Positions 24,262-38,508 of a stretch of DNA of 64,000 nucleotides are shown piece after piece. Both the position numbers and the translations under genes were made by a program. Source of the DNA: Lingula anatina (lineage: Eukaryota > Animalia > Brachiopoda); contig CM120648.1 in assembly GCA_051362555.1 (NCBI GenBank), positions 5,886,587-5,950,586 of the forward strand. Reading direction: 5' to 3'. How positions within the stretch are numbered: position 1 is the stretch's first letter; each line of letters opens with the position of its first letter. The notes under the pieces were generated by a model that did no database searches, was not told the origin of the DNA, and saw only the letters and a list, made by a program, of their open reading frames with translations.

Positions 24262-26398
24262 TGCTGATGTGTCTCTTTCCTCTCAGTGCTCTTCTGTGTT
24301 ATTTTGCGTAGTTGATTATATATATAACCGTTAGAGCCGACTTGCTGATTCGCTCTTACTTCAGGTCGGTAGGAACGTCGTTTTGGTTAGCTTTCGTGTT
24401 GACGTGACAGTGAATTAAGGCTCTAGCTAATCAGTATCATAGTACTACAAAAACAACATCACACCGTAAACAATTGCACGGTATCTTTTGCGTGATCCCC
24501 CTTTTCATAAAAAGTCACGGTAAATTGTTATATTCATACTAACAGGCGATGCGGTAGGTGACAGACAATTTAATACATTTGGGAAACTGAGAAAACAAAA
24601 GAATATCACGTTTAAAATCACGTTCTGAAAATGTCCCTTTCAAATTAACGAGTTCATAATGTCGTGTTACGAGTAGGTTTTTCTTTCAGACAAAATGAAT
24701 TTCTGGAACCTTCGCCACATTGTTCTCCCATTTCTAAAGAACAATTGTTCCAGATTTTAAGCAAAAACACACTCCATTGTTCAAACCATGAACGTGTCAT
24801 CAATCCGACGTAATTTCTTTTGTCGCAAATAAATGATGCACAGCTGAGCCCTAGTTTGTTATTTTTTTTTTCACATTTTTTCTCAAAGTTTTTATCTGTT
24901 TACGTGAAATCACATTGCATAAAACGATCGCTCCATGCTTCCAACCCATGTAGAGTGTAGGTAAGAGTTCACGCGGCCGGCTTCTTCATTTTCAAATGTC
25001 ATTAGTATCGACTTTTCGTAACTGCTTGACGCGTTTAAACTTTACAAGCTCAGAAGTCGAGCACTAAAACCTTTCATAAAGATCTTTTTCTCAAAAATTC
25101 GTCATTAAGTCAACATTTATCATTTTAGGCCACTTTGAGCATTTGGTGAATAATCATGCAAATAATCACTTGTAATGATCACTTTTCGTTTTGTTTTGTT
25201 TTTTTTTTTACCAATAAACAACCAGAGAGACAATGCTGCTGCACGTGTGTATACGTTTATCGACTGTTTTCTTTCACTCATTATATTTCACTTTGAGCCA
25301 ACATAACAAAAATGTTCAGTTATATATATATAAACATTTGCAGGTTTGTTGATGATGGATTAACTGTAAACGAAGTTAATTTGAAGTTAAAATGTACATC
25401 TCTTTTTCAATGGCTTTAAATCAAATAAAAAAGAAACTAATGTAAATTAATTGAACAGATTGAAATTTGAAGACAACGACATCTAAGAAACAGATTTAAT
25501 TTACAGGAAGTATCTTTCATGGCCCGCGATTAGTCATTTTCTAAGTCACTGTGAATCCTGTCAGATAGAAGTCTTGGATCCGGTGTAACAGGAATGGCAA
25601 TTTACTAGGAAACGGAGTCTGTTTCCCATTACTTTGTCCAGATGGCATGCGTCCTATATACTGACCCCGATACTCCGACTCACCCTAACCTGTATTAATC
25701 ACATGGGGCACACACACACACACACATAAACACACACACACACACACATATAAACTGCAGCACTTGGCTGCAACACATGCATTGGTAGTGATGCTTAGTT
25801 AAGTTCTTCTATGTATGTATTGCTTATTTGACAGGATTGTACAAAGCCAAAACGTGTCAATAATTGTTATATCCTCTTAAGACCAAACATGACAGCAACA
25901 ACAACGTCCACTTTCACATAAAATCCAACATCAACTGCACTGGGCAAGAAATTCGATCTTTTCCTAGAATTTCCAAACATAAGTAAATACGTGTAGATCT
26001 TCCAACCAGTATTAATTAATTGCAAATTTTGCCGCTCACCCAGGTTGAATTTGATTGATAAAATGCCCTGCAGTTTTCCTTTGTCAAATGGTTATCGGTG
26101 ATATATACTTCTCACTCTGATTGACCACAGATAATAAAATAAGTGTATCAATGGATTTGTCGGCCAAAAGATAATCACTGAAAGACACATTTCATGACGT
26201 AACAAACTAGGTATTAATAGACACACTTTGATGAGTTGTATTATAAGGATCTGGTGAGGTTGAACGAAATAAGAAAAATGTTCAATATATACATAACGAT
26301 CTACCTACGTTGTGAAAGGGGAAAGAAGGAATGGATAAAGAGAGACAATAGATCAATTAGTGAATAACCAGTTTTATGGATTTCAACTTAAAAAGATA

Positions 26399-26926
26399 CA
26401 GGGGTGACAAAAGTATTGCACCGTCTTTCTTCAATTGTTTTTTATTGAAAACTGATTGTGTCAAGTGAGTGTCTTTATTTTAGGACTGAACATTGCATTG
26501 CCCTTACATAACATATGCTACTATGTCAGAATTAATATTTTGTAGGATAGACACGTGATCTGAATATAGCCACTTCAATATAACTTACGGGCATCACCAG
26601 TGCCCTCGATCCTGAAAATCTTACACGCAGGCTGACGAGATACACCATATCTTGGCAGCTATCTGGGTAACATTGATATCCTCCTCCCTCAGAGAAATAA
26701 TTTCATTTCTTTCTTCATTTGTGATCTCCCATGCCTTCACCATAGTGGCAACGTGACAGCTAGAAGGGCCCTTTTCCTTCAGAGACATCTTTTATGATAC
26801 ACAGGGTTGAAAACTCATCACTGAGAAAGCGAGCAATAAATCGGAAAACATTTGAACTAACGGACCCCCTCCTCCATGTCACATAGTGCACTATACAGGC
26901 GTTGCAGTAAATATGTCACCCCTCTG
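26399..26926 (-). mobile_element. Internally deleted Tc1/mariner element (duplicate of 16218-16688)
   Basis: TIRs caggggtgacaaaagt / atgtcacccctctg flanked by TA, at the same position in the repeat unit. Confidence 0.72.
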
Positions 26927-27630
26927 TATATGTGCAAGTTGTTAGATCGTGGAATTTCAAATATGTTAGTTTAGCAATCACAGTTGGGCTGTATTGTACT
27001 GTCTCAAATACCGTGTTCACACTCCGGGATATATAACGATGACAATGATTCAGGGTTTCAAACATTGTGCACTGTTTCTCTTTATTTAAATTCAAAATGT
27101 AATATTCCTTTATTTATGTATAGGTATTTCTAAACTATTTTACAAAGAAAAAAAAAGTTTTTTGAGCGTCATGAAATGATGGAAAAGGAAATTACATTCT
27201 CAGACAGAGTATTTTGTCAGAAGAAAATGTCCATCATTTCTAACAGAAGTATCCCATGACTAGTATATCAACACAGAGGCCAAGTCCAGGCCTTCTGTCG
27301 TTACATCCTGGAGGCAAGAAATCATGACTGAGGGTCCTAACCCTGTCATCAAAATGGCTATCATGAACTTCCTTTGCTGTCAGCCATGTTATCAAGAATG
27401 TTTAAATGTCACCAAAACCGAATAAATATAGTCCGCAATCTTCACAAAGAGGGGCAGATTGAAATAAAAGAAATGTTTCAAGATACCTTGCGAATACCAA
27501 ACAAGGATGGCGGGAGCAGATTAGCAGATTAAAGAGTTTCCTCTTGTGTCCAACGTACTTTAATAATCACAAGCGTACTTCAAAAATCACAAACTTTTCT
27601 ATACTCTACTCTAGGGCAGAAGGTGTGTTA

Positions 27631-27825
27631 GACTGGGTTCCCACATATTTAGATCGATCCATCTGTGCTGCATTTACAATCTGCGGTCGAGCGTGCACAA
27701 AAGTTAATTACCCCCCTTACATCTTTCAGTAGGCGGGGCAGACATTTAAACTGGCTAAGCTGACAGTAATCTAGTGAGACTCCCCACGGATATAGATCGA
27801 TCTAAAAATCTGTGTAAATGCAGTC
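27631..27825. mobile_element. PIF/Harbinger-type MITE
   Basis: Imperfect TIRs gactg..tagatcgatc / gatcgatcta..cagtc with TTA duplicated on both sides; empty site ggtgtgttaat at ~16953 and ~40534. Confidence 0.8.
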
Positions 27826-29202
27826 TTAATCTTATAATACGATTGCATCCAGCGAGAAACCCCGTGGATTTGAGTCGATCTACATGTACGTAAAGCGATA
27901 ATTTCCTTAGGAACAAGCCCATATAATTGAGATGAATTTAAATTGTTTGTTCTGGATGCCATTTTGGATTTTTTTTATTTGTTGTTATTTATTATGTTTT
28001 TCTTTTTGACCGGGCATGGTCAGCAGTTTGTTAAATAGGCCAGTTTTCATGTTCTGGGAAAAGATTTATTTCTGAGATTAAAAAAAAAAAAAACATTATG
28101 GTTTTTCCACATGCCAAGTATTAGGTCTATGTTACAAAATAAAAGCATGTGTAAGATAATCTGCTCTCTGAGACATTGTGGCGTGCTATGGTTTCTCATT
28201 GTAACTACGTGTTGACATTTTAGCTCGTTTGCGGTAAAGGGAGCGAAGAGGGTTTCTGATCTTTTCAAATCATTATGAATGGTAACTTGAGAAAGCAAAT
28301 TATCTCATTGAATGATGCACCCTGTCACTACACTCCGCAAGGCAATGGCGATATTCGTAATTATTATGTAATCAGAGTCTGCCCTTTCAAATATGTTTAT
28401 CTGAACCTCATACCGCATTTACATGTTTAACAATAGGCCAGCAAGGGAAAACGCATTATAGCAAGCATAATATATACTTTTGTCTAACTTATGTTTTAGA
28501 CCCATTAATGTTCCAACACAGATGGGTGGTATAAAAATTTTTAAAGATTCCCTACTATCTATGTTACCAGAAAGGCAGTTCAATGGAGAACAAAGAGTCT
28601 TCAAAATTCTTCAATACCAAAAACCCAGAGGTCGTCTATCAGTATCTCACTTTAGCTCTCAAATACTGCCCATGGGAATGAATGCTGTGCATGCAGGAAG
28701 GTTAATCACCACCTAGCTGTTCAGGAGGTGTGTCATTCAGTTAATCTGATTGCATTCAGTGAGATTCCAAGTTCAGTTGGATCTTTCTACCAAGAAGAAA
28801 TGTTTTATTGGTAACATATAAGACACACAATACATCTTATCCCTCCTATTGGTGGAGATCACAGATATGTTTGTTTAGAAACTTGGTCACAACCAAACAC
28901 ATTCTGCCTTATAAATATCATAAAGCAAACTGAGTAGTAACATCCCTCACCTTTAATCTTCTGCATCCCCGACTTTGAAATATTGTCGTACTTCATCTGA
29001 CTCAGGCCTGGAAACATTTAATAATGAGTGAGAAAGAAAATCAATGTAAAATGCAAATCTTGCTACCATCCCCTTATCACCGAGGAGGGATTTAAAAAGA
29101 AACGCCCTTTCGGTTGGAAAAGGATCACACTGAATCGAAGTTTTGATCCAGTATTATTGCCATTTGTCAAATTCTGTCAGCTACGGGGTTTGGAAAGCTC
29201 CA

Positions 29203-29685
29203 TTAAAAAAAATCATGAATAATCTTCATATTCATACCCATGGGATTTGGACTCCCATGAAGAAAAGGCCCTATTTTATATTTAGTCACCATACCATCGT
29301 TTTCCGCATCGTTTGCATTGTTACATATATTTTGTTTGTATTTGAAAGTTTGGTGATGAAAACTTTGGTGAAAATTGATAATTTTCGAAACAAGTAACCA
29401 TTTTACTACCTGTAAGATTTGGACTCCCATAGCCTTTTCATGGGAGTCATTGGGTGGGAAAATACACATTTTCAATTTTTTTTTCTCATGAAAATTTTTA
29501 AAAAGTGCCAATGTATCCTTCATTATGCACACTACAAGATTAAAAGTTATATTCTCAAATAAAATAAGATTTATAAAGTTTTGTGAGGGGGAGTCAAAAT
29601 CTCATGGGGGGAGTCAGATTTTCATTATGATATCTTGACTGGGGGAGTCAGATTTTCATGGGAGTCACATTTTCATGTTACACCG
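29203..29685. mobile_element. ~480-bp segment with gggagtca/gactccc subrepeats, specific to spacer 2
   Basis: Absent from the homologous position of spacer 1 (~18395-18435); repeated gggagtca(g)attttc motifs and a tgttacaccgg end. Ends approximate. Confidence 0.5.
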
Positions 29686-31607
29686 GCCATAGTCCTGAAA
29701 CAGTGAACATGCACATGTATACCCGTACTGATCCTCTACCAGTATCCAGCGACAGCTTCCTAGCTGCATTCCTCAGCACGGTCATGACACAAGTGTTTCC
29801 CCAATCTATGATTAATAATAATATTGCAAAGTTATCTTGATCTTAGGCATTTCTTCCTCTCTCATCTCAGAATTCAATTGTTTGTTAATTCACAGAAAAG
29901 CAACTTGTCTAGCCTGTCCACAGAAGTGTTGAAAGTAAAATGCCACCGTTAAGTATGTTTCTGTCTGTACTACCACGTCCTTGGCACTTAAAAAACTGAC
30001 CATAAGACATCTTCCATGGCAACTTATATTTAACTTATTGCACTTTTCTCAGAGAATGCAAATTTCTGAGAACTGATCCTGCTAATATATTCACAGGACA
30101 GTGTGTAGTTACTCAGGCTACACGGCAGCAAGTTTGGTGTATCTCTCTAAATTTAATGTTTGCCTTTTAACGCCACTGATAAGGACAACACTTCTGAATA
30201 GAGGGGAAAACTGTGCCAAACAGAGGATCGCCAGGGGTAAATGTGATTCTTGACTCACTTTTTTCATCTATTCAATTAAAAAACCTTAATTCATGATTTT
30301 GAAACATGCTTGTTGTTGTTTCCTTTTTACAGAAAAAAACTGAAAGTGTGTTCCTATTATAACTGTGTGAAAGTAACAAAAATCAGTGTTTTGATTGAAA
30401 TAAGGTAGTAAACATCACACAAATGGACATATATAACAAGAATGAAATATTCAGACAAAAAGTCTATATATGAAAATAAAACCAATTCTTTGGTTTCATT
30501 TTAAAATATATTCATGTGTCACTAACATATTTGTGAAAATGAACCATTTGACCCAATATGTGAAAACTCTCTCTGAGAATGCACTGGGCTTTTTGCCTCT
30601 ATTTGCCTACATTATCTCTCTGCTAAATTATCTACACCTTGAGAATTGTGCTTTACTTTACATTATAGAGTAGAACAGTAAATGATTGGTATGTTTACAA
30701 AACATTGGACTGAATTCAGTCTCTCTATTATGTCAACTTTATAATAATAAATTACTTTATGGCGCATCTGCATTCAACACTTGTCAAGTGAATTGAATCC
30801 AATCTGAATTCAATCCATTGAACTTTTGTGTAATTTGTAACGGTAAAATTTACAAATAAATTCCGATTAACAATCACGTAGAATGCCCTTTATTCAAACT
30901 ACCAGTAACTTTACCGCAGGCATTTGTTGTTTTAGCCACGCATGATTGAAAGTATATATGACTAATACTCAATGCACTCAAAAATACACTCCCCGGTGTA
31001 TTCTGCAAGTGAAAATTTTACAAGAAATAAAGAAAGTGATAATTATGTCAATAAAATATTTACGAAAGTCATTACCTTACTATTCCGTTTACGTTTACAT
31101 CGAAAAATATACCCATCTGTCCTAACACCAATATTCCCAAAATTGTCAGAGACGTTGCTTCTATGCTCTTTTTAATTTGCTCGCTATTTATTAAGCTTCA
31201 TTATCACAAACATATTAAATCACCATCTTGGCCATTATTCCATTGTTTAAAATCATGATATATTTTCATGCAAAACGTTGCACCTGTGACATACTGATCT
31301 CAACTACTGATTGCCTTTATTACAATAGGTCAGCATGGGAAAACGCATCATAACAAGCTTTTAAATTTTTTATGTGTTCGACCCAGTAATATTTTTAAGT
31401 GCTTCAGAAATCAAATTCTCTTTCAAGCAACTTTTAAGCCACTGTCTACCGTCTACTTTAAGAGGAACACAGCTCAAGGGGGATGAAAGGTCTTCCGAGT
31501 TCTTATCACCCATTGGTGCTAAAAACCCATAGATCGTCAATCAGTATCTCATTTTAGTCCTCAAATACTGTCATGGAAATTAATGTTTAATAAGACAATC
31601 TTACATT

Positions 31608-32647
31608 TTAAATGTAAGTAATGATAATTGCTATCAAAGCCTGCCATAACATTAGATTGTGTTGGGCTCGAGAAAGAGAAGATAAGTGGTAATCGGGATT
31701 CTCTCTTCTAGATGGGGTCTCTTCAGAGGAACTGCGGTCTCTCACGACACTGACGTCAAAGTCGATTCCTTTGTAAGAAATCTCACCGTAAGTTGTCTTT
31801 GTTAGAGCTTCAACTTGATCCAGGAAACCCTCAAACAATTGATTAGCATCACGCACACGGTGGACGCTCTGCTTGAGTGTAATTGGCACTGTGACCATCA
31901 TGTTCTCTCTCTCACTAAAGGGTAGGGAGCACCACCCATCACGAAATCCTCCCTCCGTTTTGGTCTTCCACGCGCCACGTGGCGAAAAGTGAGATAAATC
32001 TACCTCTCCGAAAATCGTGAAGTCAATGAGACAGAGTGCCATTAGTTCACATGGACTTTTAACGGGTTGTTTGGGACTGAGTTTAAAAGTCAAGTTGAAT
32101 TTTAAGTTCATGATGAAATCAAGTGGCAGAGAGCACCACTTTTCATCCACTTGACATTCTTCAGTCTGCTTACAGGTGTCCTGAAAATAAAATCCAAATG
32201 AAGTAGGAGCAAAATGGTTGTTATGTGTCATCACTTCGCAAACCACGAACAGGTGTTACGTGACAGAGAGTCCCCCATGATAGAAAGTGCGGTTCCCATA
32301 ATTTTCAAAGGTAAGTCTCACCCCATTTTGACCCAATTACGCCAGGCTGACCCTAACCTGTGTAATTAAATGGAGGGTGGACTCTCTGTAACACGGACCC
32401 TGTTTCGTCACAACGGACCACTTGGTTAAACAAATTTTGTCAAATGTCACATTCAGCAATTTAGTGTCTACGTACTTAAACATTGCAAACAGCAGTGATG
32501 GGTCAATTGGAAAGTAAAATATGTATTTAAATAAATAACAAGTTTATCTGGATGCGATCCACTCTATCAAAACACAGATAAAAAATTTATACTTAATACT
32601 TATTTCACATATTTGAATGGAATTAAATTTTTCAGAAGATTCATTTG

Positions 32648-32685
<38 letters not shown>

Positions 32686-32687
32686 TG

Positions 32688-32721
<34 letters not shown>

Positions 32722-35700
32722 TATATTACAATTCAAAGAAACACCATTGCCGAAAAGACGCCCAAGGGGTTTAAGCTGAAGAATAGTACGTGCTTACCTG
32801 ATTCCCACTTTCTTTGCATTGTGCTTCTCTTTGATAATCTATCAAAGCGGAGAGGCCCTGAGGTTCGAATCCCTTGCTCGCTATCTCACCTGCTGTTTAA
32901 AGATCAATCAATAATATGATACAACAAAAAATAAAGAAGAATGTACTTGACCAAGCATGGATGATTCAATAACAAGGAAATGTTTTTTCGAAAAAATAGC
33001 AACTGTGAACGTTAATCTAGTCTCCTTCAAAGGAGGTCGAAAAACTAGAATTGCCCAAATCCCTTTCCCCGTTTCTTGGATTTAAAATACTTATACAGAC
33101 TTGACGTTTAATATGGAATATTTTTTTCCAAATCATTTTTCATCAGTTTTTTCCTATTTTGCTGACTGATAAATGAAAATAAGGATTAAAATCGTGTTTT
33201 AATAACTTTTAATTATCTCTCTGATGTCATTGTGACATCAGTTCATTAATGGAATTCTCCAGAGAAGAAAACAAAAACACACTGCCTATTCTATGTTATA
33301 CGACAACCATTAAAAGGGATATTTTGGATCTCCATATTTTCCAAATTATTGTCTGTAAAAGAGTTACAAGCTCCACAAAGGACCCCCATGTCAGTGTCTA
33401 GTCACAGTAACGGTCACTGTTACACCTGACCTCTACTGGCTGCTACCAGCGCTCTCAAGTGGCAAAGCATTCCTTGGGATATGTTTTTGGAGTTCAATCT
33501 GGAATAACATTCCAGGCATCGGTAAAAATCTGTCCAATTTGGTCCAGTTTTGTTGTAGGACATGTAGACCATTGATTCGGCGAGTAATTGCCTACCCACA
33601 TATTGCCTATGTGATTCAAATATGGCGAATTTGATGACCAAGGTAGCTGCTCATTCCCTTGGTTCTGCAAGTATTCTGCCATTAAAAGTGCTCTGTGTGA
33701 ACCGACAATCTCACTGTGCAACCTAAAATTGTTCCTAAGGTGCCCCTTATCAAATGATTCTCAGGTGGTTCCCAGATTATTCCTTTATTTGATCTGGTTC
33801 AGGTTTTCGTCGATGACTACCATTGGTGTTTTGGCACCAATGTGATATCCACCCCAAATACTGACACTGTTAATGACCTTAGTCACTTCAGACGCGGCAC
33901 ACGCTTAATCGTTGGCCACTTCTGGGTGTCTGTAAACTCTGTTTTGACTAGTTGAGCCGTACAGGTGAACTCTGACCTCAATAAAGAAAGCCACGAGGTT
34001 TCAGTGTTCAACCCAGAAACGTTCAGGGTCCCCAATTCATTAGAGAAACATACAACGATGCTTTGCTGTTTACAGTGGGTTCCTCAGAGGTCGTCTGGTA
34101 TTCTAACCTGCTAAAACCAGTTTGATGTTTGCTAAGGGCCTTGAAAAATGCGTTTTGGTGGCAATTCACCCCTCATTCTGAACAGACTGGGTGGTTTTTG
34201 TTTAGTTGCAACAGCAGTGGGTCCTGTACCCTGGTGGTAAGATTTCAATACATTGGGTGTGACCTCTGTGTAGGTACATCAGTCTGGGCATTAAGCTATA
34301 AAACTGTGCGGACAGTTTCGTTTGGAGCAATTATCTGTCTGGCAATGTCTGTCTTTTTCGCGCCATTCTGCCACAGATTAACAAATTTGTAAAGCAACGC
34401 ATAGCTCATTTTACATGCTGCAAAACCGACCACTTGCATGCAAAATTTCAAATTATTCTATGCAGTAGTTGCCGACATATGAATACTTTCTTGACAGAAC
34501 CATGCTTTGCCAAAGCCAGGCCTTGACCTGCCCAAGGGAGCACTACCCAATTAAATCACTGCATATTACATAATGCAGCAGCGCAACAAACCTGGTATTC
34601 AATTAATTGGAAGCGACACACCTGACTACACACTTCTCCTTTCACACATCTTATATGAAATTGGAGTTTTTTGAAAACAGAACGCATTTTTACCTAGGCA
34701 TACCTTCGAAATTGAAATAGTCCATATTAAATGTCAAGTGTCTGTATATGTACTATTGCAGTAAAATTAAACAGTTTTAGAGTAAAGATCCCCCTTTTGT
34801 GTCATTAATCACCCCACGGGTTTTAGCTTTTAAAAATTGGTGTGAACTGATGCTAAGCTTGCGCCATAACTCCGTAAGTAAGTCAGATTTAATTATGGCA
34901 ATGCATTGACATTGTTGACGGCAAGGGTGTGAAATACAATCTTTTCCCCAAGTTTGCCTTACTTGTTTTACGTTTTTTGAGATATTTACTTCTTATTAAG
35001 ATGTAACATCAAACAAAGGCATCATTCTGCACTGATAAAACCAAAAGTAAGCCTTTCAAGAAAATTCTCAGGCACCAGGCTAGTGATGATTGATGCAATT
35101 AAATAGGTGTATAAACGGTGTTGAACGATGTATAACTGGATGTTAAGGTGAGGGAGATCTGTTTAAAATTGAAAACACGAATTTTCTATGTGACAGCATA
35201 ATTTCACAACAGGACAATGTTTATTTTTTCATTATCTAAGCGGGTAAGGAAATACATCCCGACGTATCCATCTCCCTCTATACCCAATCAAAAGAAGACC
35301 TTGTTAACAACTTTTCAAAATCACAATATACATAATTTTCAGTGCATCTTTAGCATCTTAGCATCTTTATGAATAAGATGCTAACATGCCAAATATTTTA
35401 ACGTTCATAAAAATATTCTAATGGTTATTGAACCAGTAATATATGCAACATGATTATTATCCAGTCAATTTATGTGCGAATGTAGATTTAGTTGTGTATT
35501 TATTTTATTTTAAACAATTATAAAAGCAAGTTATTTCAAGATATTCAATGTATTTTGACTGTTGATTCTGCACCATTCGAACTAAATATACTTTTACATA
35601 ACGTGCAAACAATCGATTGCATTGTTATACAAATTATAAGGATGAATAATGTATACACCAGAAAAGGAATGAATTTATATTGGATTGACAATTAATGGGA

Positions 35701-37232
35701 TACACAAAATTTAGTGGGGCAATTTCCACTCCTTTTTGGTAATGATTTACAACTTAAACCTCAGAGCCATAATGAAGATTTTGCAACTAAGAAGACTCAC
35801 CGTTTTCATTACAGCGCTGGATGCTTGGGTCAGTATTTGGAGGCACATGGCAAAGCCAACAGAATAGATTCCGACCATAAGAGTGGCCATAAGGCCCTGC
35901 AAAATACGTCACTGACACGGGTCCAGAATTACAAAGACGTACAGATTCGGCGTCATATATGAACTGGCATCTTCCGTTGTTGGTTCCACTTTTGGGTTCG
36001 TGCCCCCCTTCAGGGCGTATGCAAGGGCGTCCTGGGAGATGGTCCGGTGCGCCAAAAAACAGCATGCAATCTGGTGTCAAATGGATCTTCTCCAAAACTC
36101 CGGCAACGGTCGTAGCATCTTTGAAAACCTTGATTTGTGACTGGTGACACACAATCCTGGGCTTCCAAGCCTTGTGAGCTGTCACGTTGTGACAGGTGGC
36201 ACAAAAAGAGTTTTTAAATGTGACGTTTGACTCTGCTGACGAGACGGGCAACACAACAGCTATGTCATTGGACCAGCCTTTTAACTCGCATTTATTTCGA
36301 ACTTCTTCATCGTGCCAGTGGCTGGGACAAGAAGACACTACCCAGTAGTATCTGCTGTAAACGTCTTCAATTTCTCGAGACCCCTGTAACCAACACTCTG
36401 TGTTATTTCTTTGTATGTCAATCCCGGTGATTTTGGTATCGTTGCAAAAGCGGTCATATGGCCAACAGCAATCACCAAACACGTCGCACAAGTCGTCGCA
36501 GTAGCAGGTTACGAGGACGACATCATTAGTTAACCCATCACGACGACTAGCACAGAACGGGGTATTTACTGTTACGTTAAGCAGCATTAGTTCCCTCTGA
36601 GAATACAACATGGAAGAGGTTGGAGCAAATTGTTCTAAATTCGGTGAAGGGTTAGATGAATGTCCTTGAGATAAATGACCAGTGCTTGCTTGGCGTGTAC
36701 CTGTTAAGCTTACATTTGAGTCGAGGTTCGGATCCTCTGAAGTGAAAGCTGGGTAGTTAACCTGTACATTTGGTAGTTCCTTCTGTGTTGTATGAATCTC
36801 ATTGTTTGTGACCTTGTTTGTGGACGCGGCAGTAGAGACAAGCATCTTATTTACAGCTGCTGTGTTCGCCCTTGTTGGATTTCCAGTTTTGTTGACCGTA
36901 GGTAAATTACTTCTGGTGAACAAAGGTGAGCTGTTTTTGTCGACAACAGGTGAGCCACTTTCGTTGATCATAGGTGAGTCACTTCCGGTGACCATAGGGG
37001 AGTCACTCTCAGTGATCCTGGGAACTCGGGTGCTTTTTTGCCTAGGCCGTGTCGTTGTCAGCCGCTGTTCTCGACTGCTGACAGACCGTGGGACATTTGG
37101 AGTTATAAACGTGACCATTGCAGAGTTGGGCGGCGCCCTAGACATTTTTGGCATTGACGCTTCCACTGGAATTTCTTTTTCTGAATCAATCAAGGAGTAC
37201 ATTACCATCACCAAAAGCATAAAGACCTTCAT
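31608..37232 (-). CDS. Array copy 3: putative GPI-anchored mucin / SMB-like Cys-rich protein, 3 exons, ~699 aa
   Basis: Exons 37232-35801, 32892-32798, 32180-31608; frame intact; intron 1 enlarged by a Tc1 insertion. Confidence 0.85.
33096..34744 (-). mobile_element. Degenerate Tc1/mariner transposon (~1.65 kb)
   Basis: TIRs cagacttgacgtttaatatgga / tccatattaaatgtcaagtgtctg. TA duplication (33094-33095, 34745-34746) versus empty site aaatacttatatatgtac in copy 2. Decayed transposase motif LPWSSNSPYLNHIGNMW (cf. WPxxSPDLNPIENxW). Confidence 0.88.
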
Positions 37233-38340
37233 TGTTGATGTGTCTCTTTCCTCTTAGTGCTCTGCTGTGGTACTTTGCGTAGTTCATTATATATACCCGG
37301 TAGGGCCGACTAGCTGATTCGCTCTTACTTCAGGACTGTGGGAATCGTCGTTTTGGTTAGCTTTCGTGTTAACGTGACAGTGAATTAAGATGCCTGAATC
37401 TAGCTTGTAAGTTGTTATCTTCATACTGACAGGAAATGCGGTATGTGACAGACAAATGAAGACATTTGGAAAAGTGTGAAAACAAAAGAATATCACATTT
37501 AAAATCACTTCTTCAAAATGTCCGTTTCAAATTGACAAGTTCATAATGTCGTGCTACGAATAGATTTTTCTTTCAGACAAAGTGAATTTCTGAAACCTTT
37601 GCCACATTGTTCTCCCATTTCCAAAGGACAATTGTTCCAGATTTTAAGCAAAATCTCACTCCATTGTTCAAATCATGAACGTGTCATCAATCTGACATGA
37701 TTCTTTTGTCACAAATCAATGTTGCACACCTGAGCCCTAGTTGAATTTTTTTCACTTTTTTGTCAAAGTTTTTATCTGTTTTCGTGAAATGACACTGCAT
37801 AAAACGTTCGCTCCATGCTTCCAACTCATGTGGAGTGAATATCAAAGTCCACGCGGTCATCTTCTTCACCTTCAAATGTTATTAGACTTTTCGTAACTGC
37901 TTGACGCGTTTTAACTTTGCAACCTCAGAAGTCGACCACTTAAACCTTTAACAAGATTTTTTTCTCAAAAAATACGTCAGTGAGTCCACATTTAGCATTT
38001 TATGCCACTTTTAGCATTGGGTGAATAATCACACAAATAATGACTTGTAATGATCACTTTTCATTTTTATTTTCTCTCACCATCAAGCAACCAGAGAGAC
38101 AATGCTGCTGCACATGTGCAGACGTTTATCGACTTTTTTCTTCTACTCATTATATGTCACTTTGAGGCAACATAACAAAAATATTGAGTTTTGCAGAAAT
38201 GAATTTTTTAACTTTAACATGTTTGTTTATGAAGGATGAACCATAAATGGCGGAACTTCTTGTGCTGTCAGCCATGTTATCCTAACCTGTACTCATCACA
38301 TGGGGCATGAACTTTCAATTCTAGGACTACCATTCCTGTC

Positions 38341-38508
38341 CAGGGGCGGATTTAGGCCGTCTTCTGGGTCTTCCGGAAGACGGTCAGATTTTCAAGCTTA
38401 CATTGTCGGGCATCTAATGTTTTCTGTCGGAAGACGGTCAAAAATGGAGGATGGATCAACAAAGATAATTTGGAAGACTGTCAGAAAATATCTCTGGATC
38501 CGCCCCTG
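38341..38508. mobile_element. GC-rich MITE with 5-bp TSD
   Basis: TIR caggggcggat / atccgcccctg, flanked by direct repeat ctgtc (38336-38340, 38509-38513). Confidence 0.82.

Noticed and set aside
29585-29680. Short interspaced gggagtca repeats as a CRISPR-like array
   Set aside because: Eukaryotic context, repeats too short and irregular, no cas genes; better explained as transposon subterminal repeats.
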